Assembly: GCF_036365525.1 (NCBI RefSeq) | Contig: NW_027141336.1 | Location: 1 to 64,000, forward strand | Reading direction: 5' to 3' | DNA from: Heterodontus francisci | Taxonomy: Eukaryota | DNA length: 64,000 nucleotides | Part shown: positions 36,430-49,815 of the stretch, in pieces | Layout: every line of letters begins with the position of its first letter | How positions within the stretch are numbered: the stretch's first letter is position 1 | Translations under genes and position numbers: made by a program | The notes under the pieces: generated by a model | Seen by the model: the letters and a program-made list of their open reading frames with translations, nothing else | Databases searched by the model: none | Told to the model about the DNA's origin: nothing

Positions 36430-36610
36430 GATAAAATGGTGGAAATGCTCAGCAGGCAGGTAGCATTATGTGTTCTGATGAAAGGTCACTGACCTGAAAC
36501 GTTAACTCTGCTTCTCTCTCCACAGATGCTGCCAGACCTGCTGAGAATTTCCAGCAATTTTTGTTTTCATTTCAGATTTTCAGCATCTGCAGTATTTTGC
36601 TTTTATTTTA
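36430..36610 (+). mobile_element. Penelope-related non-autonomous element with intact hammerhead core
   Basis: Short inverted arm (ggaaatgctcagcagg) followed by a forward copy of the same family as 3015, 5180 and 31133. Confidence 0.7.
36472..36506 (+). ncRNA. Minimal type I hammerhead ribozyme motif
   Basis: GTT-CTGATGA-A-AGGTC-act-GACCT-GAAAC-GTT-AAC. Confidence 0.68.
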
Positions 36611-37089
36611 GCATTATAATGGCACTTGCTAACTGCATGAGTCAAAATTAAATGCACCCGAGAATCACAGCAGAAGCTGGCCTCCCACCTTCACTCCCAT
36701 TGAAAGTAAATGTCAGGTTCTAACACAAACCACTGTTAATTCATAAAAAGCTGGCGGCTTGCCTTTTTATTGTTCATTCCCTTTCTCCCCCTTCTGTTTT
36801 TTCTCTCTCAGTCCCACGCCAGAGATTATGCAGCAAACCCTCTGGAAAGGCAATAGAGACATCCTGCGGTCCAGTGAGCCCCAGTCTGAGGACCACTACT
36901 TTATACAGTGAGATTCGGGCTGTGTCTGCCTGTCCCACTCTGGGCTCATGTGGAATCATTTCCTTTTACTGATCCTGTTCATTCTCAATTTGTTCTACAC
37001 AAAACAGCACAGATTCCTTTCCTACCCTGTACAAGGTCACATGGAATAAACCCATCCCATTCCATGTCCCTGCACTTTACAATATATAC

Positions 37090-38978
37090 ACATTTATCAA
37101 CCTCCTCTATTTGTGTCTCACTCTGTATCACTGTATTCTGTCTCACCTTTATCAATCACCCTCTGTTTGTGCGTCTCACTCTGTATCACTGTATTCAGTC
37201 TTACCTTTATCAATCACCCTCTGTTTGTGCGTCTCACTCTGTATCGCTGTATTCATTCTCACCTTTATCAATCTCCTCTGTTTGTGTCTCTCTGTATCAC
37301 TGTATTCAGTCTCACCTTTATCAATCTCCTCTGTTTGTGCGTCTCACTCTGTATCACTGTATTCATTCTCACCTTTATCAATCACTCTCTGTTTGTGTCT
37401 CTCTGTATCACTGTATTCATTCTCACCTTTATCAATCTCCTCTGTTTGTGTCTCACACTGTATCACTGTATTCAGTCTTACCTTTATCAATCACCCTCTG
37501 TTTGTGCGTCTCACTCTGTATCACTGTATTCATTCTCACCTTTATCAATCTCCTCTGTTTGTGTCTCACACTGTATCACTGTATTCAGTCTTACCTTTAT
37601 CAATCACCCTCTGTTTGTGCGTCTCACTCTGTATCACTGTATTCAGTCTCACCTTTATCAATCACTCTCTGTTTGTGTCTCACACTGTATCACTGTATTC
37701 ACTCTCACCTTTATCAATCACTCTCTGTTTGTGTCTCTCTGTATCACTGTATTCATTCTCACCTTTATCAATCACTCTCTGTTTGTGTCTCTCTGTATCA
37801 CTGTATTCAGTCTCACCTTTATCAATCACCCTCTGTTTGTGTCACTCTGTATCACTGTATTCATTCTCACCTTTATCAATCTCCTCTGTTTGTGTCTCTC
37901 TGTATCACTGTATTCAGTCTCACCTTTATCAATCACTCTCTGTTTGTGTCTCTCTGTATCACTGTATTCAGTCTCACCTTTATCAATCACCCTCTATTTG
38001 TGTCTCTCTGTATCACTGCATTCACTCTCACCTTTATCAATCAGTCTCTGTTTGTGTCTCTCTGTATCACTGTATTCAGTCTCACCTTTATCAATCACTC
38101 TCTGTTTGTGTCTCTCTGTATCACTGTATTCAGTCTCACCTTTATCAATCACTCTCTGTTTGTGACTCTCTGTATCACTGTATTCAGTCTCACCTTTATC
38201 AATCACCCTCTGTTTGTGTCTCTCTGTATCACTGCATTCACTCTCACCTTTATCAATCACCCTCTGTTTGTGTCTCTCTGTATCACTGTGTTCAAGTCGC
38301 AGCTTTATCAATCACCCTCTGTTTGTGTCTCTCTGTATCACTGTGTTCAAGTCTCACCTTTATCAATCACTCTCTGTTTGTGTCTCTCTGTATCACTGTA
38401 TTCAAGTCTCACCTTTATCAATCACTCTCTGTTTGTGTCTCTGTATCACTGTATTCACTCTCACCTTTATCAATCACTCTCTATTTGTGTCTCTCTGTAT
38501 CACTGTATTCAGTCTCACCTTTATCAATCACTCTCTGTTTGTGTCTCTCTGTATCACTGTATTCAGTCTCACCTTTATCAATCACTCTCTGTTTGTGTCT
38601 CTCTGTATCACTGTATTCAGTCTCACCTTTATCAATCACTCTCTGTTTGTGTCTCTCTATCACTGTATTCACTCTCACCTTTATCAATCACTCTCTGTTT
38701 GTGTCTCTCTATCACTGTATTCAAGTCTCACCTTTATCAATCACTCTCTGTTTGTGTCTCTCTGTATCACTGTATTCAAGTCTCACCTTTATCAATCACT
38801 CTCTGTTTGTGTCTCTCTGTATCACTGTATTCAAGTCTCACCTTTATCAATCACCCTCGGTTTGTGTCTCTCTGTATCACTGTATTCAGTCTCACCTTTA
38901 TCAATCACTCTCTGTTTGTGTCTCTCTGTATCACTGTATTCAGTCTCACCTTTGTCAATCACCCTTGGTTTGTGTCTT
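37090..38978 (+). repeat. 54-bp satellite (tctcacctttatcaatcactctctgtttgtgtctctctgtatcactgtattcag)
   Basis: About 35 tandem copies with small indel variants. Confidence 0.97.
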
Positions 38979-38979
38979 T

Positions 38980-39950
38980 CGGGTTCTTTTACCACAAAAA
39001 TATGCTGTTCACAAAATTTGTAAGTACAACACATATAGGTCAAAGTTGACATTGCATAAAATGCAATACAGACCAATTTCTTTCAATACAGTATATGAGG
39101 TGATTCACAACACTTGCCATTACAGGTACATTTGCATTTGATATCATTCTCTGGTGCATATAGCCCAAGGGGTTTTCCACGGGTTCCAGCCTCTCGGCTT
39201 ACCATAGTGAGAAGGCCTTAGATAGTGGCATTTTCCCATTGGGCCTTTGTGGCAGCTGCCCCAATACATCCCTCAATACATAGGCCCGGACCTCGGACTG
39301 TGCCAGTCTGCAACACTCGGTTATTGACAGCTCTTTGCACTGGAAGACCAGTAGGTTTTGTGCAGACCAAAGAGCATCTTTCAGCAAGTTGATGGTCCTC
39401 CAGCAGCAGCTGATGTTTATCTCAGTATGTGTCCTGGGGAACAGCCATAGAGCACTGAGTCCTGTATTACAGAGCTGCTCAGGATCAACTTTGTGGAAAA
39501 CCACTGCATCTCTTTCCAGAGCTGCTTTGTAAAGGCACATTCCAGAAAGAGGTGGGTGATGGTCTCTTCCCCACCGCAGTCACCTCAAGGGCAGTGTGCG
39601 GAGGCAGGCAGGCAGGCTCTGGCCATGCAGAACTGACAGGGAGGGCCCTTCTCACCACCAGGATTGCTATATCTATGTGCTTGTTTGGAAGTTCTGGCAA
39701 TGACACCATCTGGAAATGCATTTGACAGTCTGCACAGAGAACCAACCGACAGGGTCCACCATCTCCTTTTCCCGCAGGGCCTCAAGGATGTTATGTGTGG
39801 AATACTGCCTGATGGACTAGTGATCAAAGGTGTTTTTCTGTACAAACGTTGCCACGAGAGACAGATAGTACGGCACGGTCCAACTGAATGGAGCTTGAAG
39901 CAACAACATGGCCAGACACATTCTCAGCAACGCCAGGGACAGATAGATCA
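38980..39950 (-). mobile_element. Tx1-clade LINE 3' fragment
   Basis: ORF 39199..39540 reads CCWRTINLLKDALWSAQNLLVFQCKELS; homologous to the 26003-27508 copy. Confidence 0.8.
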
Positions 39951-40254
39951 GTGTGTCTCGGTATCACTGTTCTGAGGCTCACTTTATCAATCTCCTCTAC
40001 TGCTGACTCTGTGTATCACTCATTGTACTCAGAAATTTTCTGTGTAAATTTTATCTGTAACAGGCGAACTAGAAACTCCTGAGCACTTGAGTATTGGCCA
40101 TGGGAAATTTACATTTTAAAATTAACTGATCTTAAGCAAAGTTGTCAGTAGCTTGTTCATTACAATTCAAGGCAAATTCTGGATAGTATCTGGCTATGCA
40201 CACAGGCACCTTCGAGAGAATATTGTCCTTCTTGAAGTCCCATGGTCCCATTCA

Positions 40255-40955
40255 CCCTCTCCTCTCACAGGTCTCATTCTCGTTCTCTCCTCTCACTGCT
40301 CCCATTCTCTCTCTCTCCTCTCACTGCTCCCATTCTCTCTCTCTCTCCTCTCACTGCCCCCATTCTCTCTCTCTCTCCTCTCACAGCTCCCAATCCCTAT
40401 CTCTCCTCTCACTGCTCCCATTCTCTCTCTCTCTCCTCTCACTGCCCCCATTCTCTCTCTCTCCTCTCACTGCCCCCATTCTCTCTCTCTCCTCTCACTG
40501 CCCCCATTCTCTCTCTCTCTCCTCTCACAGCTCCCAATCCCTATCTCTCCTCTCACTGCTCCCATTCTCTCTCTCTCTCCTCTCACTGCCCCCATTCTCT
40601 CTCTCTCCTCTCACTGCCCCCATTCTCTCTCTCTCCTCTCACCTCTCACTGCCCCCATTCTCTCTCTCTCTCCTCTCACTGCCCCCATTCTCTCTCTCTC
40701 TCCTCTCACTGCCCCCATTCTCTCTCTCTCTCCTCTCACAGCTCCCAATCCCTGTCTCTCCTCTCACTGCTCCCATTCTCTCTCTCTCTCCTCTCACTGC
40801 CCCCATTCTCTCTCTCTCCTCTCACTGCCCCCATTCTCTCTCTCTCCTCTCACTCTCCCATTCTCTCTCTCTCCGCTCACTGCTCCCATTCTCTCTCTCT
40901 CTCCTCTCACTCTCCCATTCTCTCTCTCTCCGCTCACTACTCCCATTCATTCTCC
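40255..40955 (+). repeat. Pyrimidine-rich minisatellite (~28-32 bp; ctcctctcactgcccccattctctctct)
   Basis: About 23 tandem copies with a variable (CT)n core. Confidence 0.95.
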
Positions 40956-40959
40956 CGCA

Positions 40960-42092
40960 GCAAGTATGGCATCAAGGAGCCCGAGCAAAACTTCAGTTAA
41001 TGGGAATCAGGGGGAAAACTCTCCACTGGTTGAAATCGTACCTAGCGGAAAGGAAGATGGTTGTGGTCATTGGAGATCAATCATCTGAGCTCCAGGACAT
41101 CACTGCAGGAGTTCCTGAGGGTAGTGTCCTCGGCCTAATCATCTTCAGCTTCTTCTTCAATGACCTTTCTTCAAAAATAAGGTCTAGAAGTGGGGATGTT
41201 CGCTGATGATTGCACAATGTTCAGCACCATTCGCAACTCCTCAAATACTGAAGCAGTCTGTTTAGAAATGCAGCAAGACCTGGACAATATCCAGGCTTGG
41301 GCTGATAAGTGGCAAGCAACATTCGTGCCACACAAGTGCCAGGCAATGACCATCTCCAACAAGAGTGAGTCTAACCATCTCCTCTCGACTTTCGATGGCA
41401 TTACGATTGCTGAATCCCCCATTATCAACATCCTAGGGGTTACCCTTGACCAGAAACTGAACTGGAGTAGCCATATAAATACCGTGGCTACAAGAGCAGG
41501 TCAGAGGCTAGGAATCCCGCAGCAAGTAGCTCACCTCCTGACTCCCCAAAGCCTGTCCACCATGTACAAGGCATAAGTCAGAAGTGTGATGGAACACTCT
41601 CCACTTGCCTGGTTGGGTGCAGCTCCAACAACATTCAAGAAGCTCGACACCATCCAGGACAAAGCAGCCAGCTTGATTGGCACCCCGTCTACAAACATTC
41701 ACTCCCTCCACTACTGACACACAGTAGCAGCAGTGTGTACATCTACAAGATGCACTGCAGCAATGCACCAAGGCCACTCAGGCAGCACCTTCCAAATCCA
41801 CGACCCCTACAACCTAGAAGATAAGGGCAGCAGATGTGTGGGAACACCACAACCTTCAAGTTCCCCTCCAAGTCACACACCATCCTGACTTGGAACTATA
41901 TTGCCATTCCTTCACTGCCGCTGGGTCAAAATCCTGGAACTCCCTTCCTAACAGCACTGTGGGTGTACCTACCACACTAGGACTGTGGCTTTTCAAGAAG
42001 GTGGTTCACCACCACCTTCTCTTGGGCAATTAGGGCTGGGCAATAAATGCTGGCCTGGCCGGTGATGCCCACAGCCCATGAAATAAATAAGA
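40960..42092 (+). mobile_element. Zenon-like LINE, 5'-truncated
   Basis: VWHQGARAKL...AGVPEGSVLG...FADD; same tail as the other copies. Confidence 0.88.
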
Positions 42093-42180
42093 AAATTACG
42101 AGTATATTACCTCATGTTTGAGAACTTATTGAACGCCTTCTGAAAATCCAAATACACCACATCCACTGTTTCCCCCTTAT

Positions 42181-42372
42181 GATAGGTAAATTGGCCATTA
42201 TATAAATTGCCCCTAGTTTAGGTAGGTGGGAGGGAAATATATGGACAGGTGGGGATGTGGTAGGAATATGGAATTAGTGTAGGATTAGTATAAATGGGAG
42301 GTTGATGGTCAGCACAGACTCGATGGGCCGAAGGGCCTGTTTCAGTGCTGTATCTCTAAACTAAACTAAACT
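42181..42372 (+). mobile_element. HE1-type SINE, 3' half
   Basis: Matches the 3' portion of the 5689 copy; (taaac)n tail. Confidence 0.8.
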
Positions 42373-42478
42373 TTCCTGCTAATTACATCCTCAAAAATAC
42401 TCCAACAGGTTTGTCAAACATGATTTCCCTTTCATAAATCCATGTTGACTCTGCCCAATCCTACCATTATTTTCTAAT

Positions 42479-43198
42479 GGTTAGATTTAGTTGAGGTCCC
42501 GACGTCAGAGTCTGTGGCGGAGGACGCTGGAAGATTGTACCGGCTCCATGGCGCCCCCCCACCTCTGGGTGATGGGACCTGGCTTTACATATTTAAATTA
42601 AGTAAATGAATAAATTTAAGTAGAATTCACAACAATCTTAGCTGCTGCACAGGATCTTCTGAGCGGTGGCCAGCACTCATGCACCTTCACTTTCCTGTCC
42701 AGGGAAAGCTGGTGCCACCGAGGTGGGGAAGTACTTCGGATTTTTACTGCAGTGGGGATGGGTTGGGGGAGGTGTCTGATCAGCATTAGTAGTATAGAGG
42801 AGTGGGGTGAAGGGGTGACCTCTGTACTTTGATCAGTTTTGGGGGGCAAAGGTCAAGACTTACAGGTAAGTGTTTTGTTGTTGGGTGGGGGGGTGGGTGC
42901 GGAAGAGAGACAACTATTACATTTAATTATTATTGGGGGGAGAGGGGCGATAGTTTATTTTTCAGTGTAATTGGGGGGGTAGACCTTTAAAAATTTCAAT
43001 GTACTGGCAGGACTGGCTGTCCTTTAAAAACAGCGCCGAGCCTGCGCACAGGCAGCTGTTGCTGTTGTGGGCCTTGGAGAGCCCACCCCCTCCACGTGAT
43101 TGGGGGGCCAGTGGAGAGAGGGAGGGGAGACCTGACTGGTATATTATGTTGGGCCACCGCAGGGTAGATTGCAGCAGCATGGCAGTGCAATTCAGCCC
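42479..43198. mobile_element. GC-rich MITE-like insertion (Harbinger-like, diverged)
   Basis: Interrupts a CR1 fragment; right end caattcagccc resembles the TIR of the 17190 element; left TIR and TSD are degenerate. Confidence 0.45.
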
Positions 43199-43492
43199 GA
43201 AGTGTCCATTTATCACATCCTTTATAATAGATTCTAGCCTTTTCCCTACATCTGATGTCAGGCTAACTGGTCTGTAGTTTTCTGTTTTCTCTCCTTCCTC
43301 TCTTAAATAGTGGGGTGACATTTGCTACCTTCCAATCTGCTGGAACTGCTCCAGAATCTATTACATTTTGAAAGATAACCATCAATGCATCCATTATCTC
43401 GCCAAATACCTCTTTCAACACTCTGGGATATAAATCATCAGGTCCAGAACAACTTTCAGTCCCATTAATTTCTCCAGTACTATATTTTACTA

Positions 43493-46253
43493 CCATCTGT
43501 TCCTCTGGGGGACTTTAACACCAGGGTTGGGGCCGACCATGACTCATGGCCCTCCTGCCTTGGGCGCTATGGCATTGGAAGGATGAATGAGAATGGACAG
43601 AGACTGCTTGAGTTATGTACCTATCATAACCTCTGCATCACCAACTCATTCTTTCACACTAAACCCTGTCACCAGGTTTTATGGAGGCACCCAAGATCAC
43701 GTCGTTGGCACCAGCTGGAGCTCATCATCACAAGGCGAGCCTCTATAAACAGCGTTCAAATCACCCGCAGCTTCCACAGTGCGGACTGCGACACTGACCA
43801 CTCCCTGGTGTGCAGCAAGGTTAGACTCAAACCAAAGAAGCTGCATCACTCCAAGCAGAAGGGCCGCCCGCGCATCAACACGAGCAGAATTTCTCATCCA
43901 CAGCTGTTACATAAGTTTCTAAATTCACTTGAAAAAGCCCTTAAAAACACTCCGACATGGGATGCAGAGACCAAGTGGGCCCACATCAGAGACGCCATCC
44001 ATGACTCAGCAATGACCATCTATGGCAAACGTGAGAAGCAGAATGCAGATTGGTTTCAATCTCACATTGAAGAGCTGGAACCTGTCATAGCCGCAAAGCG
44101 CATTGCACTGTTGAACTACAAGAAAGCCCCCAGCGAGTAAACATCCGTAGCACTTAAAGCAGCCAGAAGCACTGCACAAAGAACAGCCAGGCGCTGCACA
44201 AATGACTACTGGCAACACCTATGCAGTCATATTCAGCTGGCCTCAGACACCGGAAACATCAGAGGAATATATGATGGCATTAAGAGAGCTTTTGCGCCAA
44301 CCATCAAGAAGCTCGCCCCCCCCCCTCAAATCTAAATCAGGGTCATGATCACTGACCAACGCAAGCAAATGGACCGCTGGGTGGAGCACTACCTAGAACT
44401 GTACTCCAGGGAAAATGTTGTCACTGAGACCTCCCTCAATGCAGCCCAGTCTCTGCCAGTCATGGATGAGCTGGATGTACAGCCAACAAAATCGGAACTC
44501 AGTGATGCCAATGACTCTCTAGCCAGTGGAAAAGCACCCGGGAAGGACGGCATTACCACTGAAATAATCAAGAGTGCCAAGCCTGCTATACTCTCAGCAC
44601 TCCATGAACTGCTTTGCCTGTGCTGGGACGAGGGTGCAGTACCACAGGACATGCGCAATGCCAATATCATCACCCTCTATAAGAACAAGGGTGACCGCGG
44701 TGACTGCAACAACCACCGTGGAATCTCCCTGCTCAGCATAGTGGGGAAAGTCTTCGCTCGTGTCATTTTAAACAGGCTCCAGAAGCTTGCTGAACGTGTC
44801 TACCCTGAGGCACAGTGCAGCTTTCGAGCAGAGAGATCTACCATTGACATGCTATTCTCCCTTCGCCAGCTGCAGGAGGAATGCCGTGAACAACAGATGC
44901 CCCTCTACGTTGCTTTCATAGATCTCACCAAAGCCTTTGACCTCATCAGCAGACGTGGTCTCTTCAGACTACTAGAAAAGATCGGATGTCCACCAACGCT
45001 ACTAAGTATCATCACCTCATTACAAGACAATCTGAAAGGCACAAATCAGCATAGCGGTGCCTCATCAGACCCCTTTCCTATCCTGAATGGCGTGAAACAG
45101 GGCTGTGTTCTCGCACCTACACCGTTTGGGATGCTCTTCTCCCTGCTGCTCTCAGATGCATTCGAGTCTTCAGAAGAAGGAATTTTCCTCCACACAAGAT
45201 CAGATGGCAGGTTGTTCAACCTTGCCCGTCTAAGAGCGAAGACAAAAGTACGGAACGTCCTCACCAGGGAACGTCTCTTTCTGACGCTGCTGCATTAACA
45301 TCTCACACTGAAGAGTGTCTGCAGAGACTCATTGACAGGATTGCGGCTGCCTGCAACAAATTTGGCCTTACCATCAGCCTCAGGAAAATGAACATCATGG
45401 GACAGGATGTCAGAAATGCTCCATCCATCAATATCGGTGACCACGCTCTGGAAGTGGTTCAAGAGTTCACCTACCTAGGCTCAACTATCACCAGTAACCT
45501 GTCTCTAGATGCAGAAATCAACAAGCGTATGGGAAAGGCATCCGCTGCGATGTCCAGACTGGCCGAGAGGGTGTGGCTCACTGACACGGAACACGAAAGG
45601 CCGAGTGTATCAAGCCTGTGTCCTCAGTACCTTTCTCTACGGCAGCGAGGCCTGGACAACGTATGTCAGCCAAGAGTGACGTCTCAATTCATTCCATCTT
45701 CGCTGCCTCCGGAGGGGAATCCTTGGCATCAGGTGGCAGAAGTCCTCGAGACGGCCAACATCCCCAGCATATACACCCTACTGAGCCAGCGGCCCTTAAG
45801 ATGGCTTGGCCATATGAGCTGCATGGAAGATGGCAGGATCCCCAAGGACGCAATGTACAGCGATCTCGTCACTGGTATCAGACCCATCGGCCGCCCATGT
45901 CTCCACTTTAATGACATCTGCAAATGCAACATGAAATCCTGTGACATTGACCACAAGTTGTGGGAGTCAGTTGCCAGTGATGGCCAGAGCTGGTGGACAG
46001 CCATAAAGGCAGGGCTAAAGACTGGCAAGTCGAAGACACTTAGCTGTTGGCAGGAAAAAAGACAGAAGCGCAAGGAGAGAGCCAACTGTGTAACAGCCCT
46101 GATAACCAATTTTATCTGCAGGGCATGTGAAGTGTCTGTCACTCTAGAATTGGCCTTTATAGCCACTCCAGATGCTGCTTCACAAACCATTGACCACCTC
46201 CAGGTGCTTACCCATTGTCTCTCGAGACGAGGAGGCCAAAGAAGAAGAAGATG
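43493..46253 (+). mobile_element. RTE-clade LINE, 5'-truncated, frameshifted
   Basis: GDFN..VG, NENGQRLLELC, DCDTDHSLV (APE); FIDLTKAFD, NGVKQGCVLAP (RT); (GAA)n tail; long imperfect TSD. Confidence 0.92.
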
Positions 46254-46539
46254 ATTTTCTCCAGCACTATTTTTTTTACAAATATTAATTTCTTTCAGTT
46301 TCCCATTCTCACGAGTCCCTTGGTTCTCCAGTATTTCTGGGAGGATTTTTTTTTGTACCTTCCTCCGTGAAGACAGTTACAAAGTATTTGTTTAGTTTCT
46401 CTACCATTTCCTTATTCCCAATATAAATTCTCCTGTCTCTACCTGTAATGGGCCTGCATTTATCTCTGCTAATCTTTTCCTTTTTACATACTTATAGAAG
46501 CTTTTACAGTCTGTTTTTATGCTTCTTGCCAGTTTACAA

Positions 46540-47772
46540 ACAAAGAACAAAGAAACTTACAGCACAGGAACAGGCCCTTCGGCCCTCCAAGCCTGCGCCT
46601 ATCCAGATCCTCTATCTGAACCTGTCGCCTATTTTCTAAGGGTCTGTATCTCTTTGCTTCCTGCCCATTTATGTATCTGTCTAGATGCATCTTAAAATAC
46701 GTCTATCGTGCCCGCGTCTACCACCTCCGCTGGCAACGCGTTCCAGGCACCCACCACCCTCTGCTTAAAGAACTTTCCACGCATATCCCCCCTAAACTTT
46801 TCCCCTCTCACTTTGAACTCGTGACCCCTAGTAATTGAATCCCCCACTCTGGGAAAAAGCTTCTTGCTATCCACCCTGTCTATACCTCTCATGATTTTAT
46901 ACACCTCAATCAGGTCCCCCTCAACCTCCGTCTTTCTCATGAAAATAATCCTAATCTACTCAACCTCTCTTCATAGCTAGCTCCCTCCATACCAGGCAAC
47001 ATCCTGGTGAACCTCCTCTGCACCCTCTCCAAAGCATCTACATCCTTTTGGTAATGTGGCGACCAGAACTGCATGCAGTATTCCAAATGTGGCCGAACCA
47101 AAGTCCTATACAACTGTAACATGACCTGCCAACCCTTGTACTCAATACCCCGTCTGATGAAGGAAAGCATGCCGTATGCCTTCTTGACCACTCTATTGAC
47201 CTGCGTTGCCACCTTCAGGGAACAATGGACCTGAACACCCAAATCTCTCTGTACATCAATTTTCCCCAGGACTTTTCCATTTACTGTATAGTTCACTCTT
47301 GAATTGGATCTTCCAAAATGCATCACCTCGCATTTGCCCGGATTGAACTCCATCTGCCATTTCTCTGCCCAACTCTCCAATCTATCTATATTCTGCTGTA
47401 TTCCCTGACAGTCCCCTTCACTGTCTGCTACTCCACCAATCTTAGTGTCATCTGCAAACTTGCTAAACAGACCACCTATACTTTCCTCCAAATCATTTAT
47501 GTATATCACAAACAACAGTGGTCCCAGCACGGATCCCTGTGGAACACCACTGGTCACACGTCTCCATTTTGAGAAACTCCCTTCCACTGCTACTCTCTGT
47601 CTCCTGTTGCCCAGCCAGTTCTTTATCCATCTCGCTCGTACACCCTGGACCCCATGCGACTTCACTTTCTCCATCAGCCTACCATGGGGAACCTTATCAA
47701 ACGCCTTACTGAAGTCAATGTATATGACATCTACAGCCCTTCCCTCATCAATCAACTTTGTCACTTCCTCAA
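46540..47772 (-). mobile_element. Young CR1 LINE, 5'-truncated
   Basis: 275-aa open RT ORF 46937..47764 (DFSKAFDKVPH, SGVPQGSVLGP, FADD). Confidence 0.92.
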
Positions 47773-47883
47773 CGAATTCTCCCTTTCTTTATCAGTATCT
47801 TAATCCTCCTTTGCTGAATTCTAAAATGCTCCAAATCCTCAGGATTTCTACTTTTTGGTAACTTTATAAGCCCCCTCCTTTGA

Positions 47884-48228
47884 GCGGCACAGTGGCGCAG
47901 TGGTTAGCACCGCAGATTCACAGCTCCAGGGACCCGGGTTCAATTCTGGGTACTGCCTGTGCAGAGTTTGCAAGTTCTCCCTGTGTCTGTGTGGGTTTTC
48001 TCCGGGTGTTCCGGTTTCCTCCCACATGCCAAAGACTTGCAGGTTGATAGGTAAATTGGCCATTATAAATTTCCCCTAGTAGAGGTAGGTGGTAGGGAAA
48101 TATAGGGACAGGTGGGGATGTAATAGGAATATGGGATTAATGTCGGATTAGTATAAATGGGTGGTTGATGGTCGGCACAGACTCGGTGGGCCGAAGGGCC
48201 TGTTTCAGTGCTGTATCTCTAAATAAAT
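47884..48228 (+). mobile_element. HE1-type SINE
   Basis: Full head, body and tail, similar to the 5689 copy. Confidence 0.88.
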
Positions 48229-49459
48229 CGTACACAATCTTTAAAGTCTCGTTAGTCACAGTTGCATCACTTTTTCTCTTGGGTTTTTGTGCCTGAAAGG
48301 AATGCATATTTATTGTAAACCATGTATTAATTCTTTAAATGCTAGCCATTGCCTTTCGACAGTCATACTTTTTAATGTAGTTTCCCAATCTACCACAGCC
48401 CAACTTGCCCCTCATATCATCATCGTTTCCTTTGTTTAGATTTAAAACCTTAGATTCAGATTGAGCTACATCATTTTCAATCACAATGTAAAATTCTATC
48501 ACATTATGGTCATTCTTCCCTAAAGGCTCCTCTGCAATGAGACTATTAATTAGCCCTTTCTCATTGTATAATACTAGATCTAAAATAGCCCAAACTCTAG
48601 TTGGTTCCTCAACATACTGTTCTAGAAAAACATCTTGTATATTTTCCAGATATTCGTCCTCCACGGCATTCAGTTTACTGAGTCTATATATATATTGCAG
48701 ACCCCATGATTACTGTATTACTCTTGTTACATGCACCTCTAATTTCCCGATTTGTACTGTGTCCTACGTTACTACGTTTGGTGGCATCTAAACAAATCCC
48801 ACCAATGTTTGCTGCCCCCAGCTGTTTCTTAGCTCCACCTAAACTGATTCCACATCTTGAACTTCTGATCCAAGATCCTCTCTTACTAATGTACTGATCT
48901 CATCCTTTATTAACAACGCTACCCACCTCCTTTCCCTTTTTGCCTATCCTTCCCAAATGTCAAATACCTTTGAATATTCAGTTCCCAGCTTTGGTCATCC
49001 TGCAGCCATGTCTCTGTAAAGGTAATTAGATCATTCAATTCTCTTTGTGCCATCAATTCATCTACCTTGTTGTGAATAATATGCACATTCAGATCGAGTG
49101 CCTTTTTGACATGTTTCTGTATTTTGGCTCTACATGATGCTGGCCTTTGTTTCTGCTGCCTTCCAATTTCATGCACTACTTTTCTTCCTATCATTAGCAG
49201 CTTTGTTTCTCTATCTGAAATTCCTCTCGGGTTCACATCCCCCAGCCAAGCTAGTTTAAACCCTCCCCAACAGCATTAGCAAATCACTCTGCGAGGATAT
49301 TGGTTCTGGCCCTGCTAATGTGTAACCTGTCCTCCTTGTGCAGGTCCCACCTGCTCCAGAACCGGTCCCAATGCCTCAGAAATCTAAAGTCCTCCCTCCT
49401 GCACCATCTCTCCAGCTATGCGATCATTTGCACTATCCTCCGATTTCCGTACTCACTAG

Positions 49460-49815
49460 TAAAGGCCTGCTCGGGTATGAAATTGAAACCCGACCCGAGC
49501 CTGACCCGATCACATCCAACCCGAACCCAACCCGGGCCCGAGTCCTTGGATTGTTTTCTCCGCGCCCGACCCAACCCGACCCGACCCAACTACCGTAATA
49601 AACTTAATTATATCAAACATACCTTGTCCAAATGTTGTGATTCTGCAAATTCTGCAGAATCATGCAGAAGTTCCCTCCCTGAGCAAGGTAACACTGTATC
49701 TGCGTCCAGCCCGACCCGACCCGAGCCCGAATGCCGGACCCAGAAGAGAGACCTGACCTGATCCCAACACATGTCATCGGGTCTGGTCGGCTTCAGGTCA
49801 GGTAGCTATGCTTTA
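49460..49815. mobile_element. Non-autonomous hAT-like DNA transposon
   Basis: 8-bp TSD ctcactag/atcactag; imperfect TIR taaag.../...cttta; multiple subterminal cccgacccga motifs in both orientations. Confidence 0.7.

Noticed and set aside
36908-39141. Long ORFs (713, 676, 350 and 269 aa)
   Set aside because: Artefacts of the stop-free 54-bp satellite: open in several frames, low complexity, no splice or domain evidence.
40153-41206. Ser/Leu/Pro-rich ORFs of 252-336 aa
   Set aside because: Translations of the CT-rich minisatellite running into LINE sequence.
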